The position numbers and the translations under genes are program-made. The notes below the pieces were generated by a model, which saw only the letters and a list, made by a program, of their open reading frames with translations, searched no databases and had not been told where the DNA came from. A stretch of 59,656 bases of DNA, counting the filler, from Sphacelaria rigidula (Eukaryota), in the NCBI GenBank assembly GCA_964200075.2. It is 10 parts of 10 records of this genome, joined end to end, with 100 filler letters (N's around TTAATTAATTAA, not from the genome) between each part and the next. Parts side by side here need not be neighbours in the genome. Positions count along the whole stretch, not along the records: positions 47,807 to 53,681 come from CAXNAA020023806.1; positions 53,782 to 59,656 come from CAXNAA020023807.1; 8 more parts are not named here. One strand, 5' to 3'. Positions 50,237-59,656 of the stretch are shown in pieces (position 1 is the stretch's first letter; the number at the start of each line of letters is the position of its first letter).

Positions 50237-53200
50237 CATTTCTGTTCCGAGCAGCCCCAAATTTGGTTCCATGCCTGAAGCCGGCATACACCCCTACCGA
50301 AGCGAAAAATAAACACACGAAGACCGCGTAGATTGGAGACCAAATGGTCATGTCCCGAGTATCTCCGCCCGCTATGGTCCGCATCGCGAGAGTCGTTTGT
50401 CGCCCGGCGGGGGCAGTGTTGTTACGGTTCGCCCGCACTGGACTTTTCAGTTCGGAATACTCGAAATCGGCCGTGACGAAGCATTTCTAATATTTGACGG
50501 AAAGGGGACGCACGAGGCACAGTGCAGAGGAAGGGGAAAAGACATGAAAATAAGTCACCATGTTTATGTTAGCTTCCTTGAGTGCTTTGTTTGGCGGTTA
50601 AGTTTGTCCGATTTCGACTTTATTTTTCCAGCGGGAGGGCTTCAATTCATTCACCTTGGCAACGCCCATTTTGTCAAAAACACAGGGGTACCTCAATCGT
50701 TTGGCGGATTCATTTTCGCACTTCACTAAAATAAACAACTCAGATTAGTGCGGTTTGATAGGGGCCCACTACCCTGAGCGGAAAGCTGAACCTGCACCAC
50801 ATTAACAACGTTCTACAAGAGAGGCAGCAAAGCAAGGTCACCCCAACAGTCGCCTCAACATCGCTGCGCTATGCGCGTTATCTTTCCCCATTTAGGGGGA
50901 GTGAGGGCACACCAACACGACCATCGGCACATGTTGACCAAAAACAAAAGTATTCAGTATTCCCGGCAAATAATAAACAGGGGAAAGAGCTCAACAACTA
51001 CGCAACTATGCATGCTCGCTACTCGTGGCAGAATGATACACTACAGCAACGAAAACGCAATGATTCAGTAAGCCCGGCGATTTTGGTCCGTCAACACTGT
51101 ATGCCGCCTTGTAGCAGGCCAGTCACTGTAGTGGCGACAATACACCATGGCGGACATCGGGCTGGTGTCCGGGGTGAAAACATCAGCCCCCCGATATACG
51201 GCTGGGTTCATGGTGCAAGTGAGATAGTATCATGCCGCGCATTGTGCGGTATCATTGCCATTGTGCACGGCTGGGCAGCGTGACAGGTCCAACGGTATCA
51301 AGTGTCGATTGAGGGGCGTGCATAGGGCCGCCAAAGCATTTTTCAATGCATTTCGCCGTGGCGACATGTCTGTTCAGACTTCACAGCAGAACCAGCAAAA
51401 AGTGATGTTGTGATACGAGCTGTTCCAGCCTAGAAACGGGTTTGAGCCCTCTAAGCTATATCTCGTCGACACAGGTGGTCGTACTCCAGTAGAATACGAG
51501 GTGATTTGACTCAAGTTCGTCCGATTACGTTGTGAGTGAGCACCAACGGCGTGTAACTGGTTTGTTCGCTCTACAAGCTTGCAGTTGTGGTACCCTTTGA
51601 GTAACGCGTGTTCACCACTGTTCGTCGCCAAAATCTTACAGCCGTACTGTATATTATCGAACAGTTCTGCGGTGTACCATGTATTGCACTGTAGCACGAG
51701 CTGGGGCACGTCAAAGAAGATCTTGAGCGTTGCAGGTAATTAATTGTGCAGCTCTGTTTTGAGCGCTGTGCAATTAAGATTCAATGTGGAGAATCACCCT
51801 GGCATAAAGAAAAAACCCGAAACATCGAACTTTGACTTCATGAATTGAGGACGTTTCTAGTCGTTCATCAACTGAAATTGGGATTGATTTGTAATTTTCG
51901 GCAGTCGGCGATTTTACAATAGTTTTTAGTATGCCACCCAGCTCATCCCAGTAAGCCATTGGTGCCGAAGTCTGGGGATTGTGAGATGCGAGGCATCCGC
52001 TCTACATTCCGAAACAAAAGTCATCTCTGCGCCCACTATGTTGAACGACTTACGGGCTGACTTGACAGGGGGTGTTATTGACCGTTTTCGTCCTAAAACA
52101 CAATTCTTTTCGGCTCTAGCGCAATAAGAGGTGAAAATAAAAATCAGGGATGGTAAAATAATTCACCCGAGCGATCGGGATAGCTTAACCCCCTTTATGC
52201 TGTGCAAAGCTCGGTTGGACAATTTTCGTTCTTGCGTTTTGAATTTTGTCGTAAGGTACTCTTCCTCATAACTCAAAATACCTAGCGTCGATTAATATTG
52301 AGAAAAGAAGCAGGTCATGCTTACGACGCAATCCTCAATTGGGGTCAGGATCCTCAATTGGTGTTGCCGGGGTGATACGCGAGTCAAGTACCTGGTTTAT
52401 CAGGGGGTGGTATCGACCGCCACCGGTCCAAAGAACACAGTTTTTCGGATCTAGCGCAATAAATAGCTGGAAATTCAAGAGAAAAAGTTCATTTTCATCA
52501 CGTCACGAAAACGATCGGAATTGCTTCAATCCAGCAAAAGTATTCAAAGGTCACAACCTAGGGCTGGGTAGTCCCGGGACACTCGATTACGGGTCAGCCC
52601 GTGATTCGTTCAAGTATTGAGTGCAGAGAGGATTTCCTTTCGCGATGTGAAGCGGGTACCTATTGTACTATCTCCCGATCCCCAAACTTTGAAATCAAAC
52701 GTTCACTGAAATGAGCGGTGGCACGCGAAACAAAATTCGAAAATTGCCCAATACGAAAAATTTACAAAATCCCCCACGAGTTGGGCCGGGTTAGACGCGG
52801 ATCAAAGCTCTCTAAGCAATATTTCATCGACACGGACGAGTTGGGCCGCGATCCGCATATCGAATTTGTGGTGAGCCAAGCTCTTGGAGGCTTTTTGGTT
52901 TTGAACTGAACCAGTTCTAGTTTGAAAATATAAACGTATGCATCGGGGAATCGGGATAAAACATGATAAAATAATCTTTGTCCGGGTACGAAGAAGGTTT
53001 TTGTGGTGTTTTAAGGCTCAGTGGACATTATTCCGGCTACGGGGAATAAGCACACTGACGTATTCAATGTTGGGATTTTAAAAGTAAGAAAAGCTTGCGT
53101 TCCGGATCGGAAGGTCAGAGCAGACGGGGTATCTTGAAGAGTAGATTCACAAAATAGAGCGTTATTGAATCTGTTTCTGGACTTCGTACAGCATAAACCA

Positions 53201-55199
53201 GCTGTTTGAGTGTGCTCGACGACTGAAGAGTGGGTTCTTTTAGAGTTAACATCACAGGTTAGGTGGTCAAGTACGATTGAAGAGATGAAGAGACACAGAG
53301 GGGGAGACCGAAAGGTTTTTGGTCTTCGCCCCCGCGGGTCACTCCTACTCTTTCTGCGGTCTTTGATTTCTGATTCGAAGGTTTGGTTTTGGGTGATTTT
53401 GTGGTATAATTATAGTGCAACGACATCGGGGCGTCACCAGTAATATACTCAAAGAAGACTCAAAAAGCATATTTTCTTATTCTGGCATACCAGTGCCGGT
53501 ATCTCTTGTGAACTGTGTGCGATCAAGACGGCTGACTTCCATAAAAACAGTTGAACCTATATTTGGGAATAGAGTGAAGACTTCTACCCTGACAAATTAC
53601 CCCTCTTGGGACCGGGCCTCCAGAACGACCAATGAAGCTGGTCAGGAATGACTTGTCCGGCGTCTGCACGAAACAGTGGCGNNNNNNNNNNNNNNNNNNN
53701 NNNNNNNNNNNNNNNNNNNNNNNNNTTAATTAATTAANNNNNNNNNNNNNNNNNNNNNNNNNNNNNNNNNNNNNNNNNNNNTGGACACAATCCCGGGGAG
53801 CGGTGGATTCTCATTTCAAAATACCTTCTCATTTTTCTGGCAACCCTGTTATTTTGTACACCGGTGCTGGTTTGGAGATAGACGCCAGCGGCACATCTGC
53901 ACCAAGTCAATACGGCCGCAAATGTTCTTGCACTTAATATATGATAGGGTGATCGGAGCTTCGCAAAAAGCAGGGGATTATGAGTATGTTGGAATTATCA
54001 GCTCGTGTTGTATGGTACTGTCCTCAAGATAGACCGACTACTGTCAAGCGGTCAGTAGTATGTGCAGAGTTTGCACCGTGGTGATTAGACCACTTGCTTC
54101 TGCCGCAGCAAATCGAAAAGGCGAACGGTGTTTGGTGCTCTCCACTTGGCCGAACAAAAAACAAGCAGCTTCTCTTTCAAAGCAGTGGGCTGAGGAAACA
54201 AAGGAGAGTGAATAGTTGAGCGATGATGGTGATTGACTCCAAGCATTCCCAAACCTGGAATATATATATATATATATATATATCTACACGTACGTAAGAC
54301 CAAATCGTATCATCCAACTCAACCTTTCCACTGCTGACGCCGTAGCCCTTGCCAGCTATTTAGCTTAGATCAACTGCAATTTTGCACACAAGACATACTT
54401 TAGCTCACGTGGCCTAAATCCTTTGCTCAATTATCCAGCATTGACAAATCATGGCAACACACTTCTTACTGTAGTATCCTACGTGATTCTGTGGCTACAC
54501 GTGTAAAGATATCCACATTAAAGATACGAATGAAACGGTACTACACGGTTCGTTGCTCCATTGAAACGCAACAGGTTTTGCCGCTTATCTTCGTTGCAAC
54601 AAAGTCATTCAACCGCAATGACTACAAACTGTATCGTCTAGATTTTTGCGACAGAGTAATGGGGTTGAACATAGAAAATGAGGTTTAACACCCAAACAGT
54701 GCTCTCCCTGACCTCAAGTCATGACAAATGACCCTCACATGGACGACTTCTTTCCCCCCGATCTCCTCCAAACTGGTATGGGGGGATTCTCGTCTCCCGT
54801 TACCCCAGATAGTATGAGCAAACGCACGATTTTTGGTCTATGAAGCGTATCCCTCTTTTCTTCTCGACATCGAGGCGAACGTTTGCTTTTGCACATACCC
54901 AACCTGTAGCGGGGGAATGGAACGATGGAACCCCCCCCAAAATCAATTCTGGGGGGATCTGGGGAGGGGGGGGGGCGAGGTTGTTTATATGAACACCCTC
55001 TGTTATGCCTTAAAGTCCGAGAAAGGACTGTTTAGGAGTCAAACCTCATTTTCATTTTTCAACCATATTTCCCAGAATCTTCCGTTCATTGACGTGCGGC
55101 GAGACTAACGGCGTTGCTTCCCCTCGCTTTAGTGCCCCTCTGCTATTCACCCTCTTCATTTCCCGTTTGCACCAAAATGAGGGCATCACCATGAAGATA

Positions 55200-55880
55200 C
55201 AAGGAGTGCTGACTATTGCCTACAGTATACACGGGGTAGACTTTTTCGATAAGTGAGGCACTTGGAGTGGATCGACCACTTCTGACTCTGAAGGAGGGCG
55301 TGCGTCTTTGACCGCCGATGAGGGGTGAGATAGCAGTCGAACACACACGGTGTGGGGTGTGCGCATTCACGTTCAACACTAACGTGCCTAACACGGTAGG
55401 AACGTAAAGCCGTTGATACACATCACACACTACGCCACCACTCTGCAGTGCATTCTAGATCCCTTAACACGCCACCGCATTGTGGTGGGTCCTGCTCATT
55501 GCCCTGTTTACACGAATGAGGCTCACTAATGCGACAATGGATCAAGTTGCGGGTTGTCAATACCAGCCGCACCTCATACATTACGGACGAGTGCTGCCTG
55601 CCACGGCACAAAACCTCTTCCAAACAAGTAATCTCATCCAGAGCTCATAGGGTGCTGATACCCAACCGAGCGAACATGAATCTGATATAGTCCGGTATCG
55701 ACACTATCATGGTACTCCTGTCAAAATCAAAACACCACACAAATATCCATCGACCTTTCGACCCTTCCACTAGTCGACGAGGTGTTTCCAAGCGTGACTC
55801 AATCTGGTGGTGCAGCATTGAGTACGTCGCCATTCAGCGTGTGGTGTCGTCGTTCCGTTCGGATGCTTGAATAAGGTGTT
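55200..55880 (-). pseudogene. Decayed Ty1/copia reverse transcriptase-like remnant
   Basis: WIFVWCFDFDRSTMIVSIPDYIRFMFARLGIS resembles the copia RT ISQ..YI..M..RFG block; many stops. Confidence 0.4.
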
Positions 55881-56229
55881 TCTCCATGTCTTCGCGGAAA
55901 TTCCGCAGCTTCCCGTCAACGACTTTCACGATAGCAGTTCGACAGCACGGTCGCTTTGCCTTCCATTGCAATGCATGGGAGCACCGCGTGCTTAGCAGAT
56001 CGCATCGCAGTTCAAAACATCTCAGGATCGACGTTTCTTGAAACCAATCTGGCCAGTCACTGCAGGGACCACGCCCCTGACCCTAACCTCAGCAGCAACC
56101 CTAACCCTGGCCATAGGGCTGTATCAATTCCGATGCTGTCCCCTAAGCACATGGTCTCCCCACGCATTACACGATGACCACTACCTTATTCCCTACTAGA
56201 TGTGCCTAGGGCTGCATTTTGTCTCACCT

Positions 56230-57060
56230 CCTTTAAATTCTGCAGTGTTGCCGACGAAAGCGGTATTGCCGCTAATGATGACGTCGCCGTCACGGACAGC
56301 AATAGCACCTGCGGCGAGATAGAAAGGACACACCAAGCATTCAAACGCGCACGGGCGATGGCGATGGTTTGTCATACCTGCACCAATATCTTCACGCGGA
56401 ACACTTGGAACGTGCCGCCTTGGAGATTACGTACGCCACGAACACAAATGCTTGCCTCCCGGTACTCTATTCTGTACCCCGGTGCTGTCTTGGAGGTAGA
56501 TGGCAGGGGCATATCCGTACGAAACAAATACGGCTAGAAATGTTTTCGCACTGCAGATATGGTAGGGTAATCAGAGCTCGGCCAAGATCCGGCGGAACAC
56601 AACGGTGTTGCCTCCCATCGTTCTGATACCCTTCCGATATTCCTCGTTTTTTATCCCTGTTTGCATCAAAATGAGGAATCAACCATATTTCACATAACTA
56701 TGAAGCTACATGGAGTACTAAAACTTACATACAATAAAGAGGGTAGGCTTGTCAGAAAAGCAAGGCACCTGAAGTGGATTGACTACTTTCGACCATTTAG
56801 GAGGGTTTGCGGCTACGGTCGCAGAGAAAGAGTGAGCTCGCTGCGATGCGTGGGAGGACCCCGTGTTATCTAGACCGCATCAGAATTTGAACACCCCAGG
56901 ACCGACGTGTCGGGAGGACCGCGAAGACGTCGTCTATGCAGGAACGGCGTCCCGAGAAATGTTTGGCCGCGCATTGATGGAGCCGGGGGTAGCGAAGTCA
57001 GGCGAGTTGACTGGAGCGACACTACGACGGCGCAGTATACCTCAGAAGGGAGGAGAGCAA
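56230..57060 (+). pseudogene. Decayed copia integrase C-terminal-like remnant
   Basis: GEIER...KRARAM...W...YSILY and YFRPF resemble NG.AER...ARAM...W...LRPFG; weak and frameshifted. Confidence 0.3.
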
Positions 57061-58011
57061 GGATTTCAAAACTATCAAATGCAGGCCCTATGACTCGCGT
57101 GGGAGTTGCTCTAGCGTCAGAATCGCGGTTGGAAATAGTTGGCAGCAGTGTATTGTAGGAGGGTGTCGGAGCGTAAGATGTCGTCATGACCGCATCGACG
57201 AACTGATGCTCGACACTTGAGGGTACCACACGCTGAGACGACCCATCTGCTCGATACTAACTGGTATCAAATGCCGAAACGATCCATCCATCTGCTCCGC
57301 ACTTATTGGTACCAGATACCGAGGCGACCCATGCGCTCGGTACTTGCAGGTTCTGAAATGTGCCAGCTTCAATGTCAACACACACGTCAAGACCAAGGTC
57401 ATGCGATGTCATCGCCGCAGAGGTGAAACTCAAGGTTCGTGGTCTGTATTTGTATAATGACAGTTCGACCGCCAGTCATCTTAGCCACGATTGTGTGCGT
57501 GTGGTATTACACAACCCCGCTCCATCTCCCTCCGCCTTCCCGTCTTTCCCTGAATTCCGGATCTACAGGGTCAAAACTTGCTCTTCCCATTCCTTTATCC
57601 TTTTTTTAACACAAGAATGGGTATACTGTACTCAGTATAGTTCAAGTCCCTCCATATTCATCGACGAAAACTTCGACCGTTTTCACATATTCTGCGAAAC
57701 CTGAACGGAGAGCTACGATGCCCACTCAAATATTTGCTCCCTCAGTAATTGAAATCGGCTCCCAAGAGGAGAGCCCCATGTCGTGGCTTACCCCAAAGCA
57801 GCCGCTGGTCATCGCAACGTGAGGCCGAGTGCGACGCCGCTCGAACCCCACCACCGAAGGGGGCGCGGCCGCCCCCGTTATCTTATTGCAAGGAAATATT
57901 CAGAGATGGAAATAAACCATATATATGCTGCGTTATAAGGTTGTAATTGCGCTGGACCCGTCCGGACCAGGAAGCTTGCGCAGAGCGTGTAGTATCTCCC
58001 GGGCGTCACGC

Positions 58012-58220
58012 TGTAATGCGTGAGTGGACCACGTGCTTTTTGGACCACATCGAAGTTGAAACAACCGTATTGTTAGGGTGAGGGTTAGGGATAGTTATAG
58101 GTTAGGGGCAGAGGCGCGGTCCCGGCAGGGATTGGCCCGAGCGGTCTTGACAAAATCGGTACCGGTGTGTTTTGAACTCCGATACGGTCCAAAAAGCACG
58201 CGATCCGCTCACGTATTACA
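58012..58220. mobile_element. MITE with ~55-bp TIRs and a TTAGGG-like core
   Basis: TGTAAT(G/A)CGTGAG.GGA.C.CGTGCTTTTTGGACC at both ends; TTAGGG variants at 58073-58108. Confidence 0.75.
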
Positions 58221-58529
58221 AAACAAGTTTTGTAAGTGTCGACATGTGGTATCTATAGGATCTGTCTGATTGATACCACGATTCGCTAATAATGTACCAC
58301 GCCGGACCGTCACACCCAAGTGAAACAAATTGCGCTTGCAACGACAGGCCAGGCTACGGCATCAAAACGTGTGCCTCGACCACATCCGTATCGGTGAGCA
58401 CGTCAATCTCACGGGGAACGTAGTGCCTGTTATACTCATAACAGCGGAACTGAACCCTCGATACTGGGGTCGACTGACACCGGGCAGGCGGAGGTCCTAA
58501 GGTCGTGATTATCAAGCTTTGAATTCTTG

Positions 58530-59002
58530 TCCTCCCGGGGTGATTTCCCTTGTATTACCCGTACCCGATAGTTCTGTAACTTCTGAAAGACTTTCATTGA
58601 TAGTTCGCAGCCGCAAATGTGTGTGTGTTTTTTTTTGGGGGGGGGTTAAGGTGATGATCCCCATTACTTCTTGTGCGTGCCACCGTTTATCCAAGTGAAC
58701 GCTTGATCCCAAAGCTTGAGGATCGCGAGATACTACTATATACAGAATTACAAAAATCATCTATTTTAGCTGCAAACTACTGAGTACTCGATAGTTCTGT
58801 AACTTCAGTGAGACGTCCATACCCCTACTCGATAGTCTGGAGACTCCTGCAAGCCTCCCTATCGTCCTGTGAGTTCTGATAGCTTCTCATACCCTGCCCA
58901 ACAGGTTCTGTGACTAATGTAAGTTTTCGACACCGGTATCCAATGATTCTTCAGGTTCTGCAACTCTTATCATACCCTACCGGAGATAATCGTACCCTAC
59001 AG
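58530..59002 (-). mobile_element. Diverged, interrupted relative of the 1125-1621 MITE
   Basis: GATAGTTCTGTAACTTC subrepeats and CGTACCCTACAGA end. Confidence 0.55.
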
Positions 59003-59656
59003 AGTCTTCCTCCAACCTCCTCACGGCCCTGGCGCCATTTTATGTGAGATATATTTACCTATATGATAGGAACTTGCGATCGAAAGAGGATGCATCGTTA
59101 TGACTTACAGGTATATCTCGAACAAGCCACCGATTACGGCATCAAAGCGCAACCAACGATGTTTCAACCTTTGCGGTCGTCATTCCTACCTCTCTCTTTC
59201 GTTTGTGATCCAGCATCTCAACTAGCCGGCAAAAACATGACATCCAGAACAGGTGACGGCGAAACAAGACTAGTCCACTCTTTCGTTTGTGGTATGGGAT
59301 AGCCGCGGTCCAGACATGTCGGAATCCCACCTGTTTGTCCGGCGGTTTCCATGGAAGGCTGAGATTCGCATGGTCGTTCGTTTTATGTCACAGCTCTCAA
59401 AAACTCGGACGGTAGGACCAGACGGAAGATGCCGTCACAAGACTTGTGACGCTAGCAGGTCTGCTAGTACTGCAGCGTCTAAATGCTGTTGAGGGACTCC
59501 CCAGCTCTTCTGGCCTCAAGGTCTCAGTTGTGAGCCTTTACAACACCTTATCATTATCATGGAGTGAAAACTCCGCAGCCCTGCATCATCTGGCCTGGGC
59601 TACACATCAAGGGTCATCATCTACAGGATGCCCTTGTCCCCTGGTCATCATCCAGG

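Noticed and set aside
51374..51959. Possible transposase remnant
   Set aside because: Only vague resemblance; no diagnostic motif
1..59656. Multi-gene system or endogenous virus linking MRI1, RCC1, PNUTS-like and repeat genes
   Set aside because: Genes are on separate concatenated contigs; no viral hallmark genes or gene-dense intronless region

Overview
Eukaryotic DNA, most likely a brown alga or other stramenopile (inferred from long GT/GC-AG introns, short exons, CAG acceptors and TTAGGG-like runs; not provable here). The window is not one locus. It is ten contigs of 5876 or 5875 bp joined by nine identical 100-bp linkers (44N-TTAATTAATTAA-44N), so nothing can be inferred from adjacency across a linker. 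Host gene fragments: a PNUTS/PPP1R10-like PP1 regulator with a GC-AG intron, three exons of methylthioribose-1-phosphate isomerase (MRI1), an RCC1-repeat exon, a polyQ exon, and an ORF with 65-aa tandem repeats. Most of the rest is mobile DNA: hAT transposase end, hAT-, Stowaway- and piggyBac-type MITEs, a non-coding LTR element, Copia remnants and a tRNA-derived SINE head. The most notable signal is a LINE and a ~560-bp non-coding partner that share a 3' tail, have no poly(A), and insert into C-runs, including each other's ends.
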